Virus record (IMG/VR): IMGVR_UViG_3300003962_000013 | Coordinates: 32,001-96,000 of that record | Length of the DNA: 64,000 bases | Source: a virus | Taxonomy: Duplodnaviria; Caudoviricetes | Strand: one strand, 5' to 3' | Part shown: piece by piece, positions 27,176-37,879 of the stretch | Layout of the letters: every line of letters begins with the position of its first letter | How positions within the stretch are numbered: the stretch's first letter is position 1 | Notes under the pieces: generated by a model | What the model was told of the DNA's origin: nothing | Databases searched by the model: none | What the model saw: only the letters and a program-made list of their open reading frames with translations | Position numbers and translations under genes: made by a program

Positions 27176-28837
27176 TTATAGAGTTGTTAAACCACTAACA
27201 TAAATCTTACCATAGAATTCTGGTCTTAACATTTTCTTAGCGTAACGAGTCATTAAACCTTTACGTGGAGTGAAAGTTGATGGATCGTACACAAGTGGTG
27301 TCATGATCAATGGAATATATGGAGCGAAAACGGCACCTGATTCAAGGAATTGTTTACCTCTGAATCCCATCAATATTACGTTTTCAGTCATATAAGGGTT
27401 CTTATAAACTGTGTAACGGTTGTTGATAGCACCAACTTTTTGAACACCCATTGCAAATTCCATATTTGCAGCATCACCATTAGAGTTAGCAGCAAATCCT
27501 GGGATTGATTCTAAAACTGTTGCTACAGTTGGAGAACATACTAAGAAATTTGCACCACCTCTTAAAGTTAACTGGTGAATCTTGTTACTTACTTTTTGCA
27601 TTTTAGTACCAAGTGTTTGGAACCACTGACCTTGAGAGTTGTAGTAACCTAAACTTGCTGTGAAATCTGTACTACCTGCATTTAAAGTAGTGTTGTTAAC
27701 TACTGACCAATATTCAGTTGCTGCAGCAGCATCTTCAATTAACATATCTAAGATTTCCAAATCAATTTCCATTGAAATGTATTCACTCATGATGTTAGTT
27801 AATTCAGCTTCAGCATCAATGTTTTGGTAAGCATTTAAATCTTGAGCAAATTCAGGAGTCCATACTGCTTTTAATTTTTTAGTTTTAGCAGTGATAGCTT
27901 GAGATTGCATCTTGATATTGATTTCTGGAATTACAATTGTACTTGCACTTTGAGCATTCGGTACTGAGAATGAAGGAGCAGAAGTATCTTCGAAATCACC
28001 ACGGTTATTATCAACAGTAGCTTTATTGTAGTAAAGCGTACTTCCAGCAGAAGTACCAGAACCATTAGTTTCAGCTGTTGAAGCAGTGAAATAGAAAATA
28101 ATACTTGCAGCACCATCAAATGAAGTAAATGCTGGTAAAGATTTAGCTACTGTAGCAGCAGAACCAGAAGTTAATACGAATGCACGGATACCTTCGATAT
28201 CAAAGTTTGGAATACTACCTGTTGAAACTGTGAATGATTTAATTTCACCTCTAGCTGCAGAAGCTGATAAAGCTGAATCATACATTACACTAGCCCAAGA
28301 AGCTGTAGCTACTGTAGCACTAACTGTTGATGATGTTTGGTTTGTAGAATATGCGAAACGACCAGCTCCATAAAGACCACCTGTTGTATCAGTTGTTTGG
28401 AATGGGAAACGAGCGTTTGCGTTACGGTTACCATATAATGAGTTACCTGAAGAGAATGGGTTAACACTAGTTCCGTATTGGAAATCTAAGAAGAACACAA
28501 GACCTGAAGGTAAGTTCATTGGTTGAACTGAAACGAATTCTTTAGCTGCAATTTGACCAAATACTTTACGTACTAATGGTAATGCGATTCCAGCCCAGTT
28601 TTCAGATTGACCTACAGTAAATGTACCTGCAGATGTTCCAGCACCAGTTTGACTAGTTTCTACGACTAATTGTTTTGCTTGGTTTTCAAGAATAAGAGCC
28701 ATATTGTTACGCTCAACATCTGAACCAAATCCTTCCAAAAGACCTGTTTTAGACCATTTGGTAGCTAGTTTAGAAGCATCACTTTGAAGTGATTTCCATG
28801 GATTAGCTGATTCCAATAATGATTGAATTGAATTCAT
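27176..28837 (-). CDS. gp23: Major capsid protein (T4 gp23-like)
   Basis: LPLVRKVF, VQPMNLPSGLVFFL, KLKAVWTPEFAQDL, APYIPL, FTPRKGLMTRYA. Confidence 0.95.
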   Translation of the reverse strand: MNSIQSLLESANPWKSLQSDASKLATKWSKTGLLEGFGSDVERNNMALILENQAKQLVVETSQTGAGTSAGTFTVGQSENWAGIALPLVRKVFGQIAAKEFVSVQPMNLPSGLVFFLDFQYGTSVNPFSSGNSLYGNRNANARFPFQTTDTTGGLYGAGRFAYSTNQTSSTVSATVATASWASVMYDSALSASAARGEIKSFTVSTGSIPNFDIEGIRAFVLTSGSAATVAKSLPAFTSFDGAASIIFYFTASTAETNGSGTSAGSTLYYNKATVDNNRGDFEDTSAPSFSVPNAQSASTIVIPEINIKMQSQAITAKTKKLKAVWTPEFAQDLNAYQNIDAEAELTNIMSEYISMEIDLEILDMLIEDAAAATEYWSVVNNTTLNAGSTDFTASLGYYNSQGQWFQTLGTKMQKVSNKIHQLTLRGGANFLVCSPTVATVLESIPGFAANSNGDAANMEFAMGVQKVGAINNRYTVYKNPYMTENVILMGFRGKQFLESGAVFAPYIPLIMTPLVYDPSTFTPRKGLMTRYAKKMLRPEFYGKIYVSGLTTL

Positions 28838-28876
28838 GTTTGTTTTTAATTGTTTTTTAGTTATTTTTTAGTTTAA

Positions 28877-30043
28877 TTATTTTTTACTACCGAATGCTAA
28901 TTCTCTCATACGTGAAAATGCTGCATTATCTTCGATAATAGGTTTTGATTGAGTACTACTTGCTATAGATTTAGAAGCTGATCCTAATGATTCTTTAATT
29001 GGGGCTTTTTGTAAAGTAGATACTTTAAAGCTTTCTTGTAAAGTTTCATAAACCAATTCTACTTCTTTTTTAGTAGTTGCTTTATCAAATGCTGTTAACA
29101 CTTTAACTTTTTGAGTTTCTGTTAACGTTTTGTTACGGAAAATTTTGTTAGTATAAAGAAGTTTAGCGTTTAACAAATTAACTTCATTAAGTTCTGATGT
29201 AAGAGTTTTAACTAACTTACGTGATTCTTCTAATTCTTTTTCTTTTTCATTAGTTTCCTCAAGTCGAGATTGTTTTTCTCCTGATCCACCACCACCAGTA
29301 AACGAACCAGCAGCACTAGAAACACCAGATACACTTTTTAAAAGTTTGTATTGAGCCATAAATTCTGCATCATCTTTAAGTTCAGGAGATTCTTTTAATT
29401 TTTTCTCCATTTCTTTAACAAATTCTGCTGGTTGTTTAAATGGATTGAACATATTTCCAATACCTTTTAAAATACCCATTCCTTTACCTTCTTCAATAGT
29501 TTCTTCTTCAGCTGTGATTTCTTCTGTTTCGGATAAAAGTTCTTCAATATTGATTTCTTCTTCATCTTCAACTTCGATTTCATCTTCTGTTTCTTCAGCT
29601 TCTTCTTCAACTTCCTCATTTTCCTCATCTTCATGGCTTGCTTCAAGTTCACCTGCTGCTACCATGTCTTGGATTACTCCTTCAATAAAAGATTTAAGAT
29701 CATCTTCAGACATATCTTCAACAGATATTTCTTCTTCTTCTTCTTTTTCTTCCTTTTCTTCCTTTTCAGCTTCGTTGATTTCGGTTTCACCTTCTTCAAG
29801 TTCAGCTAAAAGTTCATCTAAAGAAATTTCTTCCATTGATTCTGCTTCTTCATTTACAATTTCTTCCTTTACTTCTTCTTTTTCTTCAGCTTCTTCCATT
29901 TCTGCAAGTTTAGCGAATAATTTTTCTTTTAAGTAAGGGGTAAATTGTTCTTCCAAAGCAAGTTTTGCATTAGCTAAAGCTGTTTCTTTTACAGTTTGAG
30001 CATCTGCGATTGATTCGCTTAGCAAATCTCTGTTTGTTTTCAT
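28877..30043 (-). CDS. Prohead scaffold / core protein (gp22-like)
   Basis: Very Glu-rich coiled coil between the protease and capsid genes. Confidence 0.75.
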   Translation of the reverse strand: MKTNRDLLSESIADAQTVKETALANAKLALEEQFTPYLKEKLFAKLAEMEEAEEKEEVKEEIVNEEAESMEEISLDELLAELEEGETEINEAEKEEKEEKEEEEEISVEDMSEDDLKSFIEGVIQDMVAAGELEASHEDEENEEVEEEAEETEDEIEVEDEEEINIEELLSETEEITAEEETIEEGKGMGILKGIGNMFNPFKQPAEFVKEMEKKLKESPELKDDAEFMAQYKLLKSVSGVSSAAGSFTGGGGSGEKQSRLEETNEKEKELEESRKLVKTLTSELNEVNLLNAKLLYTNKIFRNKTLTETQKVKVLTAFDKATTKKEVELVYETLQESFKVSTLQKAPIKESLGSASKSIASSTQSKPIIEDNAAFSRMRELAFGSKK

Positions 30044-30157
30044 TTTTTCCTTAATTTTTTAATTGGAAATACACTTAATACGAAAAGAATTTTTCAAAGT
30101 GTAATAAATTTATTGCGGTAGGATGCCTCATATTTTGGGCACATTCCGATATACATA
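30044..30157 (-). promoter_or_regulatory. Late promoter variant (TATGTATA) and structured 5' leader of the scaffold/capsid transcript
   Basis: TATGTATA at 30150-30157; TGCC/GGCA and TACACTT/AAGTGTA stems; AAGGA before the ATG. Confidence 0.45.
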
Positions 30158-30185
30158 TATAAAAAATATTCAAAAATTGAAAAAT

Positions 30186-30782
30186 TTAAAAAAACTTTTT
30201 TCCTTTTGATATATTATCCGAAGCCCACAATGGTTGTAAATTAGTATAATGACACAATTTAATTAATTCTTCTTTATTTTTGGCACTTGATAATGGAATT
30301 ATGTGATCAATATGCCATTTACCATAATTTTCCCAATTCATACCTTCAGTAAATAAATTTTCAATATGTTTAACCCCAAATTTAAAATTACATCCCAATA
30401 ATTTCTCTGTTTTACCTTCTTTTTTCCATTTTGTTCTTCTAAAAGCATGATTAATTCTTACTCTAAGATTTGTTGAAAAATTATACAATGGATCTATTAA
30501 TTTTTTGTTTTTTTGATAATTTTTAATATATTCTCGTTTTTGAGATTGTGTTTTAGGGATGAATTTAGGTTGGGTGTTTTTATAAATTAAATATTTTTCT
30601 TTGTAATAATTAGGATTTAACTTATACCAATTTTTATGGTATTCGGAATTAGATTTTACCCAAATATTATTATTACCATATAAACATTCTTTACACCAAT
30701 ATGTATAACCATCTTTACTTTTTTTATCTTTATTAAAGTATTTTATATCTTTTTCTATTTTACATTTACTACAAATTTTCAT
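30186..30782 (-). CDS. HNH homing endonuclease
   Basis: CSKC...CKEC; WHIDHIIPLS...CHYTNLQPLWASDN. Confidence 0.82.
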   Translation of the reverse strand: MKICSKCKIEKDIKYFNKDKKSKDGYTYWCKECLYGNNNIWVKSNSEYHKNWYKLNPNYYKEKYLIYKNTQPKFIPKTQSQKREYIKNYQKNKKLIDPLYNFSTNLRVRINHAFRRTKWKKEGKTEKLLGCNFKFGVKHIENLFTEGMNWENYGKWHIDHIIPLSSAKNKEELIKLCHYTNLQPLWASDNISKGKKFF

Positions 30783-30816
30783 TTTTTATTATAAATATTC
30801 AAAGTCGCAAAATGCG

Positions 30817-30847
30817 AAAAAGAAAAGCACTTCTTTTTGAAGTGCTT
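30817..30847 (-). terminator. Terminator after the prohead protease gene
   Basis: AAGCACTTC / GAAGTGCTT stem plus T tract. Confidence 0.7.
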
Positions 30848-30877
30848 CGATTTTAATATTCTATATTAAAAGGGGTA

Positions 30878-31480
30878 CTATACTATTGGGCAAGATCCAT
30901 TAGCACAAAGTATTTCTGTTACTAAACTATTTAATTTTAGATATGGATCTACATTATGGTTTAATCCTTCATGAATTGGAGACATATATGAACCAGGATT
31001 TGAAGGAGTACTAACGAAATCCCAACATAATAATTCAAAATCATCCTGAACTTCTAATACTTCACCCACTTGCTTTAAACTACCCATCCCACGAGATGAT
31101 ACACCTACTCTAATATTATTTTCTATAAGTGATTTTAATATATTTCCTGATGGGGTTGGGAGGATTTCAATTGCCCCCATAACTTTATCTCCATCCCACC
31201 ATAATTTTTTAATATTGTGAGATACATTTTTTAAGTTAATAATTTGAGAATCGGGGTGATCTAATTCGCCTAATGCTCTATTTTCGTTAACTAAGGTTAG
31301 ATATTTATCGATTTCTCTTTCCCATAATTCTTTAGAATAATATCTACCATTTCCATTCTTAACTTCACAAGTAGCTAATATACCTTCAACTAATGGATTA
31401 CCAGATATACTATCACGAGATTCAGTTAACATTTTTGGAGAAATGTTAAATGGAGTTGTTTCTATAAGTAGTGGTTTCAT
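30878..31480 (-). CDS. gp21: Prohead protease (T4 gp21-like)
   Basis: NGNGRYY, ALGELDHP, VSH, GVSSRGMGS, DFVSTPS. Confidence 0.92.
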   Translation of the reverse strand: MKPLLIETTPFNISPKMLTESRDSISGNPLVEGILATCEVKNGNGRYYSKELWEREIDKYLTLVNENRALGELDHPDSQIINLKNVSHNIKKLWWDGDKVMGAIEILPTPSGNILKSLIENNIRVGVSSRGMGSLKQVGEVLEVQDDFELLCWDFVSTPSNPGSYMSPIHEGLNHNVDPYLKLNSLVTEILCANGSCPIV

Positions 31481-31481
31481 A

Positions 31482-32732
31482 TTATTTTTTATCTAATTCT
31501 TCTTTTATAATTTCTCTTATTAAAATGCGAAGTTTTTCTTCTTGTAATCCTGATTGAAGTTCTTTAATTTTCAATTCAATTTCTGCTTTACGATCAGGAT
31601 CAGTTGTACTCATTAATTCTTGTTCTAAATCTGCTATTTGTGCTGAAATAGGGTCCAAAGTTTTAATTTGGGCTTTTTTATATTCTATTTCTTCATCAGG
31701 ATTACCTGCTACACCATGAATATCAGTTTCATCTACTTTATCAGATTTATATGAATACCAATTTTTTATATCAAATGGGTCTATTCCTTTTTTAATTAAA
31801 GCATTTTTACTATAAATTATAAAGTCAGATGGTTTACTATCAGGGAATATATCTTTCAAATCCATCTTAGCATAATATTTTAAGCTTTCAACATCTGAAA
31901 CTGTTTCCCAACCTTCTACTACTTTATTATCTGATTTACGAATAGCGAAATGGGTATATTTTTTATTGATATTTTCTTCTATTTGTTCAATATTTTCTTT
32001 TAATTTAATTTTTTTCTCAGCACCAGGCATTTTCATTTTTTTAACACCAGGAGAATTTTGAGGAGCTACTTCCATTTCTTTTACTTTAGATGGATTAGAA
32101 GTTTTAGCTTCTTTATCACCTAATGAATCTTGAACATTAGCTTTTACTTTCTCAACTTTTTTATCAGTATCTAAATCACCATATCCACTTGATTTATGTG
32201 GACCTTTAGCAGGTTTTGGTTCACCCAAACCAGGAGCATCAACTGTGTACCCTACACCCTTAGTTCCAAATTCACCATCTTTAGTATAATATAGAGGATC
32301 TTTAGCTAGATTTTTAACAACCATAGCTTTGATTTCTTCTGCTGTTTTATCATGATTTTTTTCATCTTTTAATTCAGCATAAAAACCTTTCATTATTTCA
32401 TTGAAATTAATGTTATCAACATTTTTAGTATCTGATGGTTGAAAAGCATTTTTATTAGCGTCTTTAACTTCTTTAGATGGTTCTTTTTCTTCAGCTTTAA
32501 CTTCTTCAGCTAAAATTTTCTTCCAATCAAAAATATCAAATCCTTTAGAAACCACACCCCCAGCATTTGCTTCGCTGATGACTTGTTTAGATTTTAATAC
32601 ACGTGTTGCAGTATCAAAATCAGAGTATTGGTTAATATATTGAGGAAATAATTGACGAGCTTGTTTTAAAAATTGAATTTTATTTCCTTTACCATTTTGA
32701 ATGGCATTATAGTGTTCCTGTAGGGTTTTCAT
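31482..32732 (-). CDS. Putative internal head / core protein
   Basis: K/E-rich; NLAKDPLYYT; ends LRILIREIIKEEL. Confidence 0.55.
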   Translation of the reverse strand: MKTLQEHYNAIQNGKGNKIQFLKQARQLFPQYINQYSDFDTATRVLKSKQVISEANAGGVVSKGFDIFDWKKILAEEVKAEEKEPSKEVKDANKNAFQPSDTKNVDNINFNEIMKGFYAELKDEKNHDKTAEEIKAMVVKNLAKDPLYYTKDGEFGTKGVGYTVDAPGLGEPKPAKGPHKSSGYGDLDTDKKVEKVKANVQDSLGDKEAKTSNPSKVKEMEVAPQNSPGVKKMKMPGAEKKIKLKENIEQIEENINKKYTHFAIRKSDNKVVEGWETVSDVESLKYYAKMDLKDIFPDSKPSDFIIYSKNALIKKGIDPFDIKNWYSYKSDKVDETDIHGVAGNPDEEIEYKKAQIKTLDPISAQIADLEQELMSTTDPDRKAEIELKIKELQSGLQEEKLRILIREIIKEELDKK

Positions 32733-33531
32733 TTATTGATTTGTCTTTAAATAATGTTATTAAATCGTCTAAGTAATCTGAAGCTAAATCAGTTCCGTAC
32801 TTTACATCAAAGTTTGGATTATTTTTATAATATTCCATTGTTTCGGTTTTTGCTTTTTTCAACAATGGTAATAATGTATTTAATTTATCTTCAATTTTGT
32901 CAAAATCTGTTATTCTAGTGCTAACAAATTGTTTTAAAGCAGGATCTTGTAAATTCAATGAATCTACATATGATTGAGAATCTTGGTTTTCAGTCCAAAG
33001 ATTTTTTACTTCAATTCCTTTAGCTGCTTTTCTTAATTTATTTTTATTAACTGCTTTCCAGCCTAATTTATAGTAATAAATATCCTGCGCTCCATCAGCT
33101 TTTTTATCAGGATTAAAAGCGTTAGGAGTTGCGTATTGCTCTCCTTCACCTGGTTCAAAATGACCTGCTGAATCACCACCTCCAGTGGAGCTTTCTTCTT
33201 TTAAATAATTTTTAATGAATTCTTTGATTTCATTTTCATTCATTAATTGAAGTTGCTTATACTGTTTTGGATAATTTGCACGCAAATGGGATTTGAATTG
33301 ATTCCATAAGTATTTAAATCCTTCATATATTTCTTTAAATTTTGGGTCTTTTTTTATTTCATCATCTAAAATAAAATCTTTAAATATCTTGTTAAGATTT
33401 TTGAAATTTTTATATAATAATGAATAATTAGCTTTATATGAAACATCCCAAGTGATACCCCCAGTTTCAGGATTCACATCAGATTGTTTAGTAACAAATC
33501 CTTCTGGATTAGAATCTTTATTTTCCATCAT
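32707..33531 (-). CDS. Putative internal head protein
   Basis: IKNYLKEESSTGG...YATPNAF; lies in the head module. Confidence 0.5.
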   Translation of the reverse strand: MMENKDSNPEGFVTKQSDVNPETGGITWDVSYKANYSLLYKNFKNLNKIFKDFILDDEIKKDPKFKEIYEGFKYLWNQFKSHLRANYPKQYKQLQLMNENEIKEFIKNYLKEESSTGGGDSAGHFEPGEGEQYATPNAFNPDKKADGAQDIYYYKLGWKAVNKNKLRKAAKGIEVKNLWTENQDSQSYVDSLNLQDPALKQFVSTRITDFDKIEDKLNTLLPLLKKAKTETMEYYKNNPNFDVKYGTDLASDYLDDLITLFKDKSINENPTGTL

Positions 33532-34378
33532 TTGTTTTAGTTAATTCTTCTACTAAATCACAATATTGAAGTAAATTTATTATGTGTTCGTTTGTTATTT
33601 TTTCATTCTTATTTAATTCAACTAAGAAATTTAAAATTTCGTTTATTTTTATTTTGATAACTGGGTTTTTAGTTGATTCATTTAATAATGAAATTTGAGA
33701 TTTAAATTCTACAATTTTATTATTATAAAATTCTTTTAACTTCAATGTGTTATCTGAAATGTTTATATATTCTTTAAGAATTGATTTTTTGTTAGAACTA
33801 AATTCAGCGTATTTTTTATTGAATTTTTCTAATAATATTTTATAGGCTAAGAAACGAGTATCTCTATCATGTTTAGCAAATTCATCTACAGGTGTTATAT
33901 TAGGAGTAGATTTGTTTGATGAAGAAGTTAAGTGTTCTAGAAGAACTAATTTATTATTTATGATTTGTTCATGAATAATATTTTTTTCATTATGAGAAGC
34001 TTCTATTAATGTATATATGGAAGCTTGTGCTTTATAATGAGGAAGTTTAGTTTTAAAAAATTCTTCTAAATTATAATGAGTTTTTATTTCATTAATTAAA
34101 TTATATTTTTGTCTTTTAAGTAAAGATCTGTTTAGTTGTTTAGCACTTTCTAATACCGTATTGATTACAATTTCTGCTTTACCTTCAGTTAGATTAGTTC
34201 GTTTAAGTAAACTATCATATAGTTTATATTCTCTTCCCAATTCTGTTTTACTAAAATATTTTTTTAGTATATTAGTGGCTTCCGAATTTTTTCCTGATAG
34301 AGTATCTGTGGTGATTTGTCTAACTAAAAGTTCAAACAAAATACCTGTGTTTTTAAATTTTGAATGTTTAATCAACAT
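33518..34378 (-). CDS. Head-module hypothetical protein
   Basis: KHSKFKNTGILFELL N-terminus; directly downstream of the portal gene. Confidence 0.55.
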   Translation of the reverse strand: MLIKHSKFKNTGILFELLVRQITTDTLSGKNSEATNILKKYFSKTELGREYKLYDSLLKRTNLTEGKAEIVINTVLESAKQLNRSLLKRQKYNLINEIKTHYNLEEFFKTKLPHYKAQASIYTLIEASHNEKNIIHEQIINNKLVLLEHLTSSSNKSTPNITPVDEFAKHDRDTRFLAYKILLEKFNKKYAEFSSNKKSILKEYINISDNTLKLKEFYNNKIVEFKSQISLLNESTKNPVIKIKINEILNFLVELNKNEKITNEHIINLLQYCDLVEELTKTNDGK

Positions 34379-34415
34379 CTAGGTTTAATTTTTATTATAA
34401 ATATATAAGAAATTT

Positions 34416-36287
34416 TTAATCTCGCAATTTAGATTCATCAAGTAATGATTCTTTTGACTTATCGGTTTGAAAAACAAGTTTTTTATCTAGTTCAGTAAGA
34501 AACTGTTTGTTTTTTAAATATGTTGTTTGAATATTTTCATTAAGTGATTTTGAATTATATCCAGGTTGATCATCTGTTTTCATATCTTTTTTACCTAATC
34601 TATCTCTACCAAAAGCATTACCTTGGGTATTTATATCTGAGGCTTTTTCAGTTGGGCGTCCTAATTCTGTATTTCCATATCCTACAGGTACATTATCAGG
34701 ATCTGAAATAGTTCTTCCTTTACCATATAAAGCTGCTAAATCATGAGGTGTTCCATATGAACGTCCTGTTTCTAATGGATCGTTTCCTTCTTCAGTAACT
34801 TGAGCTAATCTAAATTTACGTTTAGCATCTTGTAAAATAAGATCTCTATATTCATCAAATTGATCTTCACTAAAGTGAAATATGTGGTGGTAAATCCAAT
34901 CAGTAGGTAATAATTGAGCTTCCATAATAGTTTTAGCCAATTCTACTTTTTCCTTCATTAAATTGATTCTTTCTTGATCATATATAATTGATGGAGTAGT
35001 TAATGATATTTCAAAATTAGTTAATGATTCACCTTTGTACCCTTGAGAATATAAGTGAACTAATGCTATTTTATATAATTCTGATAGTATAATTCTTTGG
35101 ATTCTATCTATTGTACGAGCAAATCTAATATCTTCTGCTGCTAATGTAGCTTTACCAGTTAAGTCTTTTTCATAACCCATAAATGCTTTAGGTACTTTAA
35201 GAGCAGCAAACAATTTATCTCTTAAGTATTCAACGTCTTTAATTCCATCATATTCTAAACCTTTAGTAGTATCGATTTTAGTTGTTGTATCATTACCACG
35301 AACAGGAATATAAAAATCTTCTAACATGTTTTGCATGTTGTATTTTAAGTTATATTCACCTGTAGTTTGATCAATATATGGAGTTTTCTTCATAGTATTG
35401 ATTGTTTTTTTCATGAAGTTTTCTACTTCATTTGGAGGAATAGCACCAACATTTATATAAAATACACGTTTTTCAGGAGCACGAGATATTCTATGAATTA
35501 ACATAGCATCTTCCATCAATGTGTATTGTTTAAATAATTTACGAGCTGGTTCTATATATGAACGTCCATATGGTAAATAATTAACATCAGTTAATAATCT
35601 AAAGTGGGCCATTTCATAATTTTCAAAAAATATCCCTGATCCATCTCCATTACCATATTGGTTTGGAACAACATATCCTGTTCCTCCACCTGTAAATCCA
35701 TCTGGACTGAATTGAAATCTAACTGCTGTTGGGTTTTCTCGACTATAATTTTCTTGACGAGTTATATGATATGCAGTATAAGGAATTACGTTATATACTC
35801 CAAATTTATCAGCTATTTCTAGTTTTAGGAAAAAATCTCCATATTTACACATTTGTCTAATCCATGACCAAAGATTAAATTCAATATTTAAAACATCATA
35901 GAATAAATTGTATAATATTTTTTGTACATCTTCATCTGAACTTCTAATTTGAAGTACTTCCCCCATTTCATTTTTTAAAGTACACTCATCTGAAACTATA
36001 TCTAATACTGATGCAACTATAGCATCTGTATCCATTACATCATAGTCAGAGTATAATTGAGGTCTTAAATATTGATAGTTAGCATTTAGTTGCTGACCAT
36101 AAAGAGAGGTGGCATTAGTTGAATAGATTCTATTATATCTATCTATCAATGAATTAGTTTCGTATTTACCACTTCTTTGAATGGAATCGACATCCATTAC
36201 TTTAATTTGATTTCCTCCTTGATTACGAATAATTACATCTGTAGAAAATAATCTTTGTAGTCTAGTAAATAAACTTTTATCTGCCAT
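34416..36287 (-). CDS. gp20: Portal protein (T4 gp20-like)
   Basis: LMEDAMLIHRISRAPEKRVFYINVG, MLEDFYIPVRG, KLFAALKVP. Confidence 0.93.
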   Translation of the reverse strand: MADKSLFTRLQRLFSTDVIIRNQGGNQIKVMDVDSIQRSGKYETNSLIDRYNRIYSTNATSLYGQQLNANYQYLRPQLYSDYDVMDTDAIVASVLDIVSDECTLKNEMGEVLQIRSSDEDVQKILYNLFYDVLNIEFNLWSWIRQMCKYGDFFLKLEIADKFGVYNVIPYTAYHITRQENYSRENPTAVRFQFSPDGFTGGGTGYVVPNQYGNGDGSGIFFENYEMAHFRLLTDVNYLPYGRSYIEPARKLFKQYTLMEDAMLIHRISRAPEKRVFYINVGAIPPNEVENFMKKTINTMKKTPYIDQTTGEYNLKYNMQNMLEDFYIPVRGNDTTTKIDTTKGLEYDGIKDVEYLRDKLFAALKVPKAFMGYEKDLTGKATLAAEDIRFARTIDRIQRIILSELYKIALVHLYSQGYKGESLTNFEISLTTPSIIYDQERINLMKEKVELAKTIMEAQLLPTDWIYHHIFHFSEDQFDEYRDLILQDAKRKFRLAQVTEEGNDPLETGRSYGTPHDLAALYGKGRTISDPDNVPVGYGNTELGRPTEKASDINTQGNAFGRDRLGKKDMKTDDQPGYNSKSLNENIQTTYLKNKQFLTELDKKLVFQTDKSKESLLDESKLRD

Positions 36288-36298
36288 TAGTTATTGTT

Positions 36299-37879
36299 TT
36301 ATTTTTCAAATAACCATCTGAAATCCTCAGAATTGTTATTTGTAATGTTCATAGAATATGGGTTATCCATTCCCGAAGCAAAATATGCTCCTTGATATGG
36401 AGATGGTTTTGTTATATTATTAAGAGTTGCTCTAGTCATCTCTAATCCTTGTTGTTTGTTTTTTAAGGCTGTATCTCTTACGTACATTGCTGTATTATAA
36501 GACATTACCAAGTCATCATTATATCCAGATTGGGCTTCTGCTCTACCATTTTTCCAAACAAATACTTTCATTTCTTCTACTAAACGTTTTGAGCGTAATA
36601 TTACACTATGATCTCCTAAGTATTCTCTTCCTTTATTTATTACTAAAGGGCGAGTTCTTAAAGACATAGTAAATCCTGGGGTCATTTTAGATATATCTTC
36701 ATATTGATTAAAGTACGAATCTGATGTTAAATTATCACCCTTAGATGAATAATATAAATTTCTATATCCTCTTTCTATAATTGAATCAATTGCTGACCAT
36801 CCTATAGTTGCATTCTCAACTACTAGTAGTGCTTCATTATATTCTGTGGCTATACCACATAATAAATAACCAAATTCTTTAGGGGGAATTTGACCTTTAT
36901 ATTCTGCTACTTGAGCATTAGTTTCTAAATCAAATACATGAAATGCAGAATAATCTTTTCCATCTCCTCTAGCAACGTCTGCTACTACCATATAATTTTT
37001 TGAATAATCAGCAGATTCCCATATCCATAAATTTTTATCAACACCTCTTCTTTCAAAAGGATCTACAACATATGAGGTTAAATAATATTCCAGATGTTCA
37101 GGATAATATACTACTTCCCCGGATGTTGTAAAATCACAATCACATTCTTGTGATGCTAGTCTAGGATCTCCTAATAATTCATCTTGTCGTTTTCTCCAAG
37201 CTTCATCTCGTTCAGGATGAACATACCAAGGTAATTTAATTGGTAAAAAGTCGTTTTCTTTGGCTTCAGCCTTAACCCATGTTTGATGAAACCAATTACC
37301 AGTACCAAATGGAGTTGATAATACAATTGCACCCCCACCAGTAGCTAAGGTTTGTTGAGCAGAAGCCCATATTTCACCTATATTTTCAATAAATGCAGCC
37401 TCATCGACTATTAACAAAGATACTGCTTCTGAACGACCTGCATCACCTGCTGCTGAAACTGCTTTGATTTGAGAACCATTAGTTAATCTAAGGGTTAATT
37501 TATTATTTTCTTCTGCTGGTACTTTTAACCATGAAGGTAAATTTTCATACATGAATTTTACCTTGGTTACCATATTTTTGGCAGTTTCTTGTTTAGTAGC
37601 TAAACAAAGAACATTTTTATCTTTATGAAAGATCATCAACCATAGGGAATATCCTGCAGCTAATGTTGATATACCTAACTGGCGAGATTTAAGTACAATA
37701 GAATATGGGTTTTCTTTCCATAGATTTAATACTGTACCTTGAAATGGGTATAGATTAAATATTACTCTACCTCTTTGTGGATGTTGGATATGACAGTATT
37801 TACGCATGAAATGACTGGGGTCCTTTGCACAGGCAATATATTCATCACGTATTATTTGTTTTAAATCCGGGTTATTCAT
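36299..37879 (-). CDS. gp17: Terminase large subunit (T4 gp17-like)
   Basis: KSRQLGIST (Walker A), LIVDEAAF (Walker B), STPFG, ADVARG.G.DYS, NDDLVM. Confidence 0.93.
   Translation of the reverse strand: MNNPDLKQIIRDEYIACAKDPSHFMRKYCHIQHPQRGRVIFNLYPFQGTVLNLWKENPYSIVLKSRQLGISTLAAGYSLWLMIFHKDKNVLCLATKQETAKNMVTKVKFMYENLPSWLKVPAEENNKLTLRLTNGSQIKAVSAAGDAGRSEAVSLLIVDEAAFIENIGEIWASAQQTLATGGGAIVLSTPFGTGNWFHQTWVKAEAKENDFLPIKLPWYVHPERDEAWRKRQDELLGDPRLASQECDCDFTTSGEVVYYPEHLEYYLTSYVVDPFERRGVDKNLWIWESADYSKNYMVVADVARGDGKDYSAFHVFDLETNAQVAEYKGQIPPKEFGYLLCGIATEYNEALLVVENATIGWSAIDSIIERGYRNLYYSSKGDNLTSDSYFNQYEDISKMTPGFTMSLRTRPLVINKGREYLGDHSVILRSKRLVEEMKVFVWKNGRAEAQSGYNDDLVMSYNTAMYVRDTALKNKQQGLEMTRATLNNITKPSPYQGAYFASGMDNPYSMNITNNNSEDFRWLFEK

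Noticed and set aside
27931-29652. Minus-strand alternate-frame ORFs 27931..28119 and 29467..29652
   Set aside because: They are nested out of frame in the capsid and scaffold genes and explained by biased codon use (e.g. GAA repeats read as Lys)
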